Shown: positions 11,301 to 22,098, numbered from the stretch's first letter. The stretch is 64,000 nucleotides of DNA from Klebsormidium nitens (GCA_000708835.1 DF236956.1:248001-312000), one strand, 5' to 3'. A program made the numbers and translations. The notes: generated by a model not told the origin, from the sequence alone.

Positions 11301-13350
11301 AATTCGAGCACAACATCTGGGCGGCCGGTTTACTTTGGCGTCGAATAAATTTCCAGGCAAGATGGACATGGCGCGAGAAAGTCCACACCAGGGATAGTCG
11401 TTATAGCCACAACTTGACGACACCGCTACCAGAAGCCTTGCCTGAGGTGGGAGCTTTTGACTTCCGCGTATACTGGCGGCTACACACCAGCATCCGGAAC
11501 ATGACGGTGGCTTCAGAAGACCTTTTCAAAGACGCAAAGGTGCAACACATACCACACGCAAAAGTCGTCACGGCCACTCTGGCGGCTCTCCTATTACAGG
11601 TTTGCCAGATCCCTGAGATCTAAGCTGTAGTGATTTTTGGGCGTCTACTATCAGCACGGGGCACGTAACGGTGCTGCAATGAAAGTTTCCGGACACGGCA
11701 CGGAAAGCCCAAACGAGCTCGTCTAAGCCAAAGCTGACGTCCGACTCTTTTGACGAGAAGGCTCGCCGTCATTGCACACTGCAATGATGAATCTAGAGGC
11801 TACAGTGACGATGAGCAGGTAAACGTGGCGTCAGAACAATACCTTGAGGTCGACTGGGCGCAACAGTGCCCACGCGGAACAGGCATCGCAGCCACATGCG
11901 ACTCCATTTTCAAGAGCGCTGGGCTTAGGCCGTGCTTGTAGTCGACTCAAGCCGTTGAACGCCAGCATAATCTCGTGATGGTCACAGTGGCGTGGGAGGA
12001 AGCCCAACACTCAGCCGGGACGGTCATGCGCGCAGAAGGCGGCCTACTCGAAACAGTCGTCACAGCCACAGTTGAGCAATAGGATGACTTGACTGATAGG
12101 ACAAAAACATCTAGGACGCAGCTTGCTTGATGTGAAGCTAGAGTGATGAGATTATGATACTTATGATGAATAATTAACCAAAGCCGGGAAGGTAAGGGTG
12201 GTGTCGGAAGCAAAAACGAGGGGGCGAGAAACTCACACCAGACTCGTTTCAGCCATTGGTTGACTACCAGTTTAGGCTTGCTGACGCACAATTAGCTGTC
12301 GGAAACCAATGGGCGCTTCAGTTCGAACCAGGACAGGGACAGGTGGCTTCGGAGACACAGAATAGATCTCTGGCGCAGAAAGCCCCATTCGTATATCGTC
12401 ATAGCCACACAGTTTCCATACAAAATTGTTGGCACTTCGGTGTTGGCGGAAATTTCAGTTGCTTGCGACATCGAGAAATCTTGCTTGCGGGTCTCATGAG
12501 GTCGGAGTCCCCGCCAATGCCAAGAGCGCTGGGAAAAACGCTAGGTACGGTGCCCGCCTTCTCATCAGGCTGCTTCGTCACACACAGGTAGAAATGGCTT
12601 TTCCAGGGGGTCGGGGAGAGGCCAGGCACAGCCCGAAGAGGGCCACTCCCCGGGGTCCTCCCCTGACTCGGAGGACTCCGGGGATTTCGACAGCTCCCCG
12701 GGTTGTCCGTGGACCCCGGGGACTCAAGTCCGGGGACAGGTCCGGGGAGCGAAGCCGGGAAATGGCAAGGTACTGAGGCCGGGGAACGTTCCCCGGCTTC
12801 TTGGAGCGAGGTGACAGAACACTTAAGAAAGATGGTGTGAACACACGCCGTTCCATCCGTTCCAGAACATGCAAGTGACATGCAAGCAATCATTGTTATT
12901 GATGCACACAATTCTCCGGAAAAATCAGGGGGCGGCGTTGGAAGACATCGATCATCCAAAGCCATCTAGGAGCGAAATGCGCACACGAAGAATCGTCACA
13001 GATACCGGAGTGGGACGACTCTACTTGAAAGAAGTCTTGCCTGAGCAGCAAGATTTTCCGGCGGTCACACATGAGCACAAAGGCAGGTAGCGGTGGCATC
13101 GGAGGACGTCCTAACCACAACTTTACGTGGGCAGGAAAAGGCCCAAACGGAGCGCTCGTCACAGCCACGGCTTGAGTACTCGGACTCTACTCCCAACCTC
13201 ATTCGACTCTGGCGGAGACAGCTCGATCAAGCTTAATGGTTGGAAACGGCGAAACTGTGCCGTCAGAAAACCGACTATTTAAGAGATCAATGGGTGCTGG
13301 AAAGCGCTCAAGGAACAGTCGTCACGGGCACAGAGAGATCCAGAAAGCAG
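5350..13350. repeat. Highly diverged ~170-bp tandem repeat array, ~40 units, interrupted at ~8150-9050 and ~12500-12880
   Basis: Recurrent ordered motifs GGCAGGTRASGGTGGCRTCRGAAG - N15-20 - TGGGCGCGGAAAGCCCA - AACGGAACA - GTCGTCACAGCCAC - TTGACGACTCTACTTACAAG - AAGGCTTGCCTGAGGTGCAAG. GTCGTCA-like anchors lie at approximately 5766, 5936, 6307, 6508, 6901, 7249, 7432, 7591, 8121, 9320, 9508, 9834, 10038, 10384, 10581, 11013, 11211, 11397, 11564, 11718, 12056, 12396, 12992, 13155 and 13318. Consensus was derived by eye. Confidence 0.85.
12500..12880. other. GC-rich insertion interrupting the array, with many CCGGGG motifs and a perfect 20-bp palindrome (12778-12797)
   Basis: The array period is broken between anchors 12396 and 12992. 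GCCGGGGAACGTTCCCCGGC is self-complementary. Boundaries are approximate and no TSD was identified. Confidence 0.5.
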
Positions 13351-16300
13351 GGAATGCAGGGAATTCATTGAAAAGGCCGAAAATTCGAAAAGTGGCGATC
13401 CCTTTGTTTAAGGGATTGAGGAGAGAGCACCGTGAAACAGCCAAGTGCTCCTTAACTTACGTGGCGTTGGGGCGCGACCAAAGATGGCCTCTAAAGGCAG
13501 AAATAAATGTCGCCCTCGCAAGAGGTGAAACCTGATAATCACCGGAGCGACCAGCTGACACGGCACAATGCGTCAACTTAAGGAGAATGAAACAATCAAT
13601 CAATGGCGTCGGTTTCTTTCAAGCACCAGCCCATGAAGCTTGCGCGGCCTCAACGGCACGCCACGCATCGGAAACATCTTGTAGCGCGCAATCGCTGGGC
13701 ATTCAGCTATTCTGAGGAGCGTTTTATAGGTGAATTACATCCGATTCGGCACCGGTCAACAATAGCGAGGCTCGAGGAGGGCGAAAATTTCTTTATTAAA
13801 TGCGCACACTTCTAGAGAAGTGGACCATGGGAGTTCTCCGCTTTACTTTTTGCCCTATCCCCAAGTGCACCATAACCAAGACCTAGTAGCCTCGGAAGAA
13901 CATGGAAAATGCAATGATGGCAATTCAAGATCGCCAGAAAATCGAGCAGTTCGTCACGGCTAGAGAGCAACTTCCTGCCTCAGCGACCAATTTTGAATTA
14001 CAAAGTATGTGGTGGCCCATCGCTTGCAGCAGTAGGACAGACGCCTTTCATTCTGACACGCACATGCTTGTGAAGGATCAATTGGGTCTTACTGTTGCAC
14101 GCTGTCACAAGTACCAGCTGAAGGCTGCAGAAAGGCCAGGCCGGAGGCGTTGTAATCGACGCAGCCTGCACGATGCTTCAAAACGAAGCCTGCCAGGCTC
14201 GCCAGTTGCCTGAACGAACGAGTCAGCTGTTTTGGATGTGTGAAAGTACGAATACGAAATCTGCTTCTAAAATCAGGCCCTTCGCAAGTAATTAATGGTT
14301 CGAACCCACAGGTGGGCAGGGGCCACAAGTTTACAGCCGTACGTACATCCGTTCCATGTTTTCCGAGCGTAGCTTATTGCAGCGGAGACGGCTTCTCGAG
14401 AGTCAGCGGTATTCTGTGGAATGCATATTTAGTTACCGGCCATCGCAAGAGCAGCTGTCAGATCGCTATTGGTATTGGTGTCAGCGCTGCCAACACTTTG
14501 AAAGACTTGAGTGATCGCGTAACACGTTTTCCTGAAAGACGTGTTATGAAGCGACGCACTGTGGAGAACAAAAGGCCCCTAAACGAAGGTTTCGAGTCAA
14601 AGGTGCAATCCAGCAGCGGGAAAGCGACAGATTGGCATCAAGTTGACGGGGCATCTTCTCCAGTGAGCAGTCAAAAGAGCTCCTTAAGATCGTACACTCA
14701 TTGCCAGTCGTATCATCAGCATTCCAGTTGTGCTTTATGCTTCTGGCTCAGAATCAGAGGTCGACCAGAGTTGTTTCTTTTTTCCTACTTTCTCCGCAAC
14801 TAGCTAGCGCCTCCTTCGAAATCCCGAGCACCAAATGATGCAAGAACTGACAGATCATGGTTCCGGACCCACTGAAAGTGTGAAGCCGACCCAAGTAGCT
14901 TTGAAATCAATCAGTTCACTGCTGCTCGCATTTGACGGATGCCTAGACTTTGAAGCACCGAGCTCAAAAGAAGTCTTGGATTACAGCGACATATGCTTGG
15001 AACGTTTTGTTGAAAGAAGACGCTCCTAAATATCCTAAAACATGTTTCAATTGCCGTTCAGAGGTCAACTTTTGCGGGGCCCAGACGGTCCGTTTACCGT
15101 CGGACTTTAAATAGACGCGCAGCGAGGACAATACGTCGAAAGTGAAAGCTTCTGATGGAGGCGAGGCCCATAATCAATTTGCGTTATGTGGGCGACAAGG
15201 AGCAGCACGTCTACGAGAACTTGCCACCTCCCAGAGACGGGCAGTACAGCGGCCGAGTAGAACCGCACAACAGTCTCTTAATCTGTTGCAAAGCTAATCG
15301 ACAAGCGAGTTTTAGCAGGCCTTGTGAATTGGTGGCGTGGGGTTTCCTTGCAGATTGCGCATCTGGCGCCCAAAGGTGCCACAAAAATTCAATCGTCACT
15401 GCCACACGTCTCTCAGGGGCAAGGCAAGTTCATCCCTACTAGTGCGACGGGTTTCGAAAACAGTGTAAGAGCATTGAGAGGGCAATTCCAAGTGGACTGG
15501 ATGAGTGATAACGAGCAGTCAAAGATGCAGCGAGCCGCGAGACTCTTGCAACCAAAGGCTGTTCGCTTAGCATTTGCTACGTTTTCAGACCGATCAAATC
15601 CCAGGTTTGCTTCGACAGCCCGACAAGACGCAGTTTGAACGAATATCCTTTCCGCTGCATCGAAAGAGCTACGAAAACGCCAGCTCGCGACGGAAAGGTT
15701 TGGAAGGCTGCACTTCGGACGAAGCTTAACATGCAAAGATTCTCCAGGCCTTGCCATTCGGCAAAAGCATTTGGGTCGATTACAACCAGGGCCGGATCTC
15801 AAGAGATCTCTGCAAAAAGGACCTCGGCCAAAGGACATGCCATGTGCCACGCAAGAACAATACTAAGAAATCCGTTGCAGCATCGGACCTTCAACTTCCT
15901 GGCCCCTGGAACGGAGAAAGTCCCAAGGATTCCGTCGTCCTTGCTGAATATGAAAGCGATCGTATTATCAAAACTTCCGATCACTTCCAGATAGAAGCCT
16001 CTCGTAAAACTGTGATACAGCGGCATATATATATGACACAGTGCTCTGACATGTTCTCAGCGGGCCCTTTCATCCTCGCCAGCAACTCCAAAACACATCC
16101 TCACACAACCCAGAAGTTTGCTTCGCTGTTCGTGCCACGAGTCACGCAGACCTGGATGTTTCTAGCGCCGTGTTTTCAGAGTGGGGGGTCAGAATAGTCG
16201 TTGAATAGGGTCGGCGGACAGAAGCGCAAGAGCTCAGATTTACAATAGTGGTGTGATCCCTAGAGGCATACAACATACGAAGGTGACTTAATGCAGTCGA

Positions 16301-17790
16301 AAGACCGATGGGGCAGAAGCAGGCCGACCGTTCAGCGTTGACAGAGACAGCGCTCAAGCCTCGCATCTGACGACGAAACTTCCGACGTACAAAAAGGGGG
16401 TTGCCTATTGAGAAGCACTTTGAGTACTGGAAAGCCGCGCGGCTGTTGGATGGGGGCAAGGGGAAAAAGTGGTCCCAAATGTACGTGGGCAAGGTCAAAA
16501 TGTCAACGCAACACGCTAGGACACGTTGCTGGGCGGAAGATTTGGAGTCAAGCTGCGACTTTTGTGGCTACGGCTGACGGACCGTATCTCGCAGCGCCGG
16601 CTGCAGAGCGACAAAAGCCGAGTGCGCTCTGCGAAACAGGTCGAAACAGGAGCGCTTTGCAAAACATCTCAGATCGATCACTTCCTTCAAACTTGCCGGG
16701 GGCGCGATTCTCGTAGTGAGGAGTTGTCAAAAGGACTGAAGTGAGCCAAAGAAGGAACGCTTTGCGTAGACTAGGTGAACTTTCACTTAAGGCTCACTGA
16801 GGGACCTGCGATGAAGTCCGGCCAGTCCTTCTCATTGGGACTCTTCATTTAGACGTCGCAGCCTGAGGACACGTCTGTGCCAGCGGCTTTCTGAGTCGGA
16901 AACACACGACGACAATCGCGCCCTGCACGGAGTTCTCTGAAACGCGACGATAATGTGCATAATCTTTTGTAGGCAATGTAGATGTAGACACCCACGCCCT
17001 CTTGGGATCACACTTTCTTTTTTAAACAATTGTTAGCATGATCAAGGACGTACGACTCGGTGAAGACAAAGCCTCGTGATGTAAATCCGGTCAGACAAAC
17101 CTTTTAAATGGGTACTCCCTACCGTCTGGAATCAATCCTTGAAGCGGTCACTGGCGTCAAATGATGACATACGTCTCTTGCCAGCGGACCAGGCAATTTG
17201 AAGTAGTCACAGGCACTGAGCGCTAGCAGCACTTTAACCCATGCAAATGGTGGAAAGGAAAGAAACCAGTGAACGTCCGTCCGTCCGTCGCACAAACATG
17301 GCGAGCTAACAGGTCCGAGGCTTTTCTAACAGGCAAGATTTTTGGCATTCGTACGCGGGATTGACATTTAAGCTGGACTCATCGGAAACGTTTGTCGCGA
17401 TGCCCAATTCCGTGCCCCCGAAAACGGGGAAAAAGTGTTGAGCGGGTGAAAGTGAAGCTGCTGCAGCACGATTGACGAACAAGAGGATTGTCTTGAAGGG
17501 TCGATCGTCCAAAGCCACTGAAAAATGGTCCAAGTGCGAGAGAGGTGGCGTCCGACCTAATATTCCTTCACGATATATCATTGGTACGGGCGAGATCAAG
17601 CGGTAGTCACAGCCAGTACTCGACTTGTCCGTTCAAACAGACCCGGCGCTCCCGCCAAACACTTGGTGTTGACTCTCAGCAAATCAGACTCTCGAAAGGT
17701 GCAAATGAATCATAAGATGCTGGCAAAAGGAAGGCGACGAGAGCGGGCAAGAAGGCTTGCCGGACTCAAAGCAGCTCTAAATCCGTCCGC

Positions 17791-17920
17791 AAACACAAAA
17801 CACAAAACACAAAACACAAAACACAAAACACAAAACACAAAACACAAAACACAAAACACAAAACACAAAACACAAAACACAAAACACAAAACACAAAACA
17901 CAAAACACAAAACACAAAAC
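17791..17920. repeat. 7-bp microsatellite (AAAACAC)x~18
   Basis: Perfect tandem run read directly. It generates the spurious low-complexity ORFs at 17663-18002. Confidence 0.97.
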
Positions 17921-18879
17921 GGTAAGGCGTCGAGACCGTCAGGGAGCTCTTGATTGGGAGTTTGGAGCGAGTCATGGCACAAACGGGGTCGTCACTGTCC
18001 AAGTTTCAAATTTCGCAATTACAAAAGCCTGAGCGCAACTTCATACGTCGAAGTTTGCGTCAGCAGAATTACAGTGGTGCTCGCTCGACAGAGTACATCA
18101 GGAAAGCTCGATAACCAGCAGACGAGAAATTTACTTATATGCAATCCAGGAGTTTTGGGTAAAAGACTTGCGAAGAGCGCTTGTCTAAGCAACCGCTCAA
18201 GAATCCAGACAGCGCGTCGCTTAGTCAATCGAGGCATCAGAGCATATGCTGCCAGCCTCCTCTTCACTTGATTGGTCCAACAGCGCCACGACGCGATTCA
18301 AAGCCCGAGAATCTCTGCGCCTGAAACGCCTCAACTTCCAGGACTGCCCAGTTGGAACGCTCGCACATCGAGACGAGCAAATAGCGAACCGGACATGAAG
18401 GCTCCTTCGTCTCGATGATAACTTGACATTCATCTGAAGATATGGCGATATAATTGCGTAAGCTTGTTCTTTGCAAGCATGCCCGCCACGTAGTCGAGAA
18501 CATACGTACGAAGTCCCGAAGGTACAGCGGATTCAAAATCGAAGCAGCCAAGCTCATCAGGCAACCAGAGCGGGACGGCACAAATCGCAGCTCTGAGCTT
18601 GAAGGCAAACCGTACAGATCAAAAGTGGAACATGATCCGACAACGTATGGCTTACTCTACTTACACACTAGCTTGCGGTTGAACTTAATGACAAAGAGCA
18701 TCCTGGTCGACTATGCCCTCTGTCATCTGCGCCACGGCGGTAGTTCCTAAAAAGGGGAATGTCTCGGACATCAAAGGGTGCGCTCCACCTCAATAACCAC
18801 TTGTTACTCCACTCTAACCTTACCCAGACGACCTTAAACTAGACCACTTCCACTCGATTCAAATACCGATGCCAGCTCA

Positions 18880-19081
18880 AGCTACGAGCCTCCTCCGCAT
18901 CGTAGCCATTCCCAAGAGCCGGGTCGACCAATTTTAGGATTCTCCCCCCCTAACCCATATCCGTCGCCACTTTGAGGGGCCGCTCCACCCCTTCGCTCTC
19001 GAGCTGGTGTACCAATGGGTGCCCGCTGGTTAGCTCCAACGAAAGCACACCAAATATATACAGATCACATCACATCTCAGT
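18880..19081 (-). pseudogene. Decayed receptor-like kinase C-lobe fragment (subdomains IX-X)
   Basis: The minus-strand frame starting at 19081 reads TEM*CDLYIFGVLSLELTSGHPLVHQLESEGVERPLKVATDMG*GGRILKLVDPALGNGYDAEEARSL. This matches the RLK/Pelle motifs TEKCDVYSFGVLLLELITG and LVDPxLxxxYDxEEA, with two in-frame stops. Confidence 0.75.
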
Positions 19082-21080
19082 ACCCTAAGATGGCCACAGC
19101 TAGGAGAGAAGCAGCTCCAGCAGCAACCGCACCAACAATAGGTCCAACTGGAGGGGGTGGTGACGTTGAAGAAGGAGGGGATGGTGACCATGAAGAAGGT
19201 GGGACAGCTCCACATAATGAGCTGTAACCACAATTGTTGCAGACCAACTCCAGGTTTCCAGGACTGAAACTACTGCGGTAGAAGCGGCAGAAACTTGGAG
19301 GTATTGGCCCGGAGAGGTTGTTGCCGGAGATCTTGAGTTCGGTAAGGCTGGTCAAATTGTTGAGCTCCGGGGGGATAGGCCCAAAGAAGTTGTTGTGGGA
19401 GAGGTCCAAGGAGGTGAGTTTGGTCAGGCTGCCGATTTCGGGGGGAATGGGCCCAGAGAGGTTGTTGTGGGAGAGGTCCAAGGAGGTGAGGTTGGTCAGG
19501 CTGCCGATTTCGGGGGGAATGGGCCCAGAGAGGTTGTTGTGGGAGNNNNNNNNNNNNNNNNNNNNNNNNNNNNNNNNNNNNNNNNNNNNNNNNNNNNNNN
19601 NNNNNNNNNNNNNNNNNNNNNNNNNNNNNNNNNNNNNNNNNNNNNNNNNNNNNNNNNNNNNNNNNNNNNNNNNNNNNNNNNNNNNNNNNNNNNNNNNNNN
19701 NNNNNNNNNNNNNNNNNNNNNNNNNNNNNNNNNNNNNNNNNNNNNNNNNNNNNNNNNNNNNNNNNNNNNNNNNNNNNNNNNNNNNNNNNNNNNNNNNNNN
19801 NNNNNNNNNNNNNNNNNNNNNNNNNNNNNNNNNNNNNNNNNNNNNNNNNNNNNNNNNNNNNNNNNNNNNNNNNNNNNNNNNNNNNNNNNNNNNNNNNNNN
19901 NNNNNNNNNNNNNNNNNNNNNNNNNNNNNNNNNNNNNNNNNNNNNNNNNNNNNNNNNNNNNNNNNNNNNNNNNNNNNNNNNNNNNNNNNNNNNNNNNNNN
20001 NNNNNNNNNNNNNNNNNNNNNNNNNNNNNNNNNNNNNNNNNNNNNNNNNNNNNNNNNNNNNNNNNNNNNNNNNNNNNNNNNNNNNNNNNNNNNNNNNNNN
20101 NNNNNNNNNNNNNNNNNNNNNNNNNNNNNNNNNNNNNNNNNNNNNNNNNNNNNNNNNNNNNNNNNNNNNNNNNNNNNCGGGGGGATGGGCCCGGAGAGGT
20201 CGTTGTGGCCGAGGGACAAGTCGGTGAGGTTTGTAAGGCTGCCGAGCTCTGGGGGGATGGGCCCGGAGAGGTCGTTGCGGTGGAGGTACAAGTCGGCGAG
20301 GTTGATAAGGCTGCCAAGCTCTGGGGGGATGGGCCTGGAGAGCTTGTTGCCGGAGAGGTACAAGCCGGCGAGGTTGATCAGGCTGCCGAGCTCCGGAGGG
20401 ATGGGACCGGAGAAGTTGTTGGAACGGAGGTCCACGTAAGTGAGGTTGGTCAGGCTGCCAAGCTCCGGGGGGATGGGCCCGGAGACATTGGTGTATATGA
20501 TGGAAAAGCCGGGGAGATTGGTCAGGCTGCCGAGCTCCGGGGGGACGGGCCCGGAGAGGTCGTTGAAGGAGATGTCCAAGTCGGCGAGGTTGGTCAGGCT
20601 GCCGAGCTCCGGGGGGATGGGCCCGGAGAGGCCGCTGGAGGCGAGGTGCAAGCCAGTGAGGTTGGTCAGGCTGCCGAGCTCCCGGGGGATGGGCCCGGAG
20701 AGGCGGTTGTAGGTGAGGTCCAAGTCACGGAGGTTGGTCAGGCTGCCGAGCTCCGGGGGGATGGGCCCGGAGAGCTTGTTGTTGGAGAGGTCCAAGTAAA
20801 TCAGGTTGGTCAGGCTGCCAAGCTCCGGGGGGATGGGCCCGGAAAGGTTGTTATAGGCAAGGACCAAGCTGTAGTCGAGGTTGATCAGGCTGCCGAGCTC
20901 GGGTGGGATGGGACCTGACAATCCCTTAAATGATAATGAAATACTACTTTGATTCTCAAGGGGGCCCTCGACCAGACTGCCAATCTGCTCAATAGTGGAC
21001 GCATGAACACCACTCTTGAGCCCGCACTCATACAAGATCACCAGGATTAGCATCCTCACAAACAGGTTTGGTGCATCCAT
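19077..21080 (-). CDS. LRR receptor-like protein: signal peptide, 24-aa plant-specific LRRs, Ser/Pro stalk, TM helix, no intact kinase
   Basis: Hydrophobic N-terminus, 11 LRRs (xxLxLxxNxLSGPIPPELGSLTNL) before the gap and 4 after it, a SFSPGNLELVC cap-like motif, a PPS-rich stalk and the TM segment IVGAVAAGAASLLAVAILGY followed by a stop. Frame continuity across the N-gap is unverified. Confidence 0.85.
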   Translation of the reverse strand: MDAPNLFVRMLILVILYECGLKSGVHASTIEQIGSLVEGPLENQSSISLSFKGLSGPIPPELGSLINLDYSLVLAYNNLSGPIPPELGSLTNLIYLDLSNNKLSGPIPPELGSLTNLRDLDLTYNRLSGPIPRELGSLTNLTGLHLASSGLSGPIPPELGSLTNLADLDISFNDLSGPVPPELGSLTNLPGFSIIYTNVSGPIPPELGSLTNLTYVDLRSNNFSGPIPPELGSLINLAGLYLSGNKLSRPIPPELGSLINLADLYLHRNDLSGPIPPELGSLTNLTDLSLGHNDLSGPIPPXXXXXXXXXXXXXXXXXXXXXXXXXXXXXXXXXXXXXXXXXXXXXXXXXXXXXXXXXXXXXXXXXXXXXXXXXXXXXXXXXXXXXXXXXXXXXXXXXXXXXXXXXXXXXXXXXXXXXXXXXXXXXXXXXXXXXXXXXXXXXXXXXXXXXXXXXXXXXXXXXXXXXXXXXXXXXXXXXXXXXXXXXXXXXXXXXXXXXXXXXXXXXXXXXXXSHNNLSGPIPPEIGSLTNLTSLDLSHNNLSGPIPPEIGSLTKLTSLDLSHNNFFGPIPPELNNLTSLTELKISGNNLSGPIPPSFCRFYRSSFSPGNLELVCNNCGYSSLCGAVPPSSWSPSPPSSTSPPPPVGPIVGAVAAGAASLLAVAILGY
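19546..20177. other. Assembly gap (632 N) inside the LRR array
   Basis: Run of N flanked on both sides by 72-bp LRR repeats. The true repeat number is unknown. Confidence 0.99.
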
Positions 21081-22056
21081 AGCGAACTGCTCATGTGCCT
21101 TCCAGTAATCAGGGTGTCAACCTGCGAAAAGAAGACACTGCCAGTCAAGTGGGGTTGCTTGGCTTTCAAGAGTTGGAAGGATAATTCTGCAGACGGTCTC
21201 TTTCTGGAAGGCGTTCCGTAGGTTTCTAATTTGGCTAATGTAGAACATCGATGGATACCTCAGCCCGATAGCCTGCACATATTACAATGTCAAGCTAGAC
21301 TCTGGCACCATACCACCCTAAAAAGATTGAATCGCGCAAAGGATCCTCCTCTCTGCCCTAAGCTTCCGGCTCCTTCTTTTGCTCACTGCGCCTCTTCAAC
21401 ACAAGTGCTCAGCATGGAAAGCATCGCAATATCAACCAATGCAGGCAACATGCAATAGCAACCCGGACTTCCGAGCTGACAGTATAAACGGCAAAATGTA
21501 AAGAGTCACCTTTGTGGTTCCTGCACCAACCAACTTCAGTGCAGTCCTGCGCTGTTGCCTGTGATTGCAGAGGGGCACGACCAGCTCGTGCACCAATGCC
21601 CATAAAGCAGCCACACGCGGAGCATTCAAACGATAGAGCTGGCACAACTCTAATCAAGGTCAGCCCTAGTGCCTCAGTTCCACGTCTGCTGTTCTAGTAC
21701 CCCGTTCCAAAGCAGTTTACAAGTTCCTGGAACCGGCGAGGGTGTAGGCTCTCGGTGCGTTCCATTCCGGACATGACCTTTCTACCACTGCCAGGTAATG
21801 CGGAATCCCTCTCCAACAGTGGCAATCGGATATTGAACTGCGCGGTCTCGAACAACCGTCTTTCTCGGAAATGTCGGTCAAGAGACCGCAAGCAAAGATT
21901 GCCACGTTTCAATCATTTATAATAATCATTACAAGCCTCTGCGCAATAGTTTTTTGACTCCAGGTGGCAGGCGGGGGTTCTGTGATGTGACGTGTCCGTC
22001 TGTGTAGAAACAAGTCGGGATGTTGACATGACGACATGGTCCACATGCTATGTTGC

Positions 22057-22098
22057 AAAGGTCAAAGCCTAAAGGTCAAAGGTCAAAGGTCAAAGGTC
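22057..22098. repeat. 7-bp microsatellite (AAAGGTC)x6 with one AAAGCCT variant
   Basis: Read directly. Confidence 0.9.

Noticed and set aside
5350-13350. Array as a CRISPR array
   Set aside because: The repeats are far too degenerate, the inter-core sequences are homologous to each other rather than unique, there are no cas-like ORFs, and the context is eukaryotic.
5350-13350. Array as degenerate 5S rDNA (ACCAGCAC, CATCAGAA and TGGGCG occur at 5S-like spacing)
   Set aside because: The matches are only 6-8 nt, the 3' half does not align, and the conserved local hairpins differ from the 5S fold. An Rfam cmsearch would settle it.
5350-13350. Array as an intact repeat-protein gene or as a known ribozyme (hammerhead, HDV, twister, pistol)
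   Set aside because: Every frame has frequent stops and frameshifts between units. I could not place the catalytic consensus of any known ribozyme class (for example, no CUGANGA core).
17663-18002. ORFs with KHKTQNT or FCVLCFV repeats
   Set aside because: These are translations of the (AAAACAC)n microsatellite.
19318-20918. Long plus-strand ORFs over the LRR gene
   Set aside because: They are antisense shadows of GC-rich 72-bp repeats, inflated by the N-gap.
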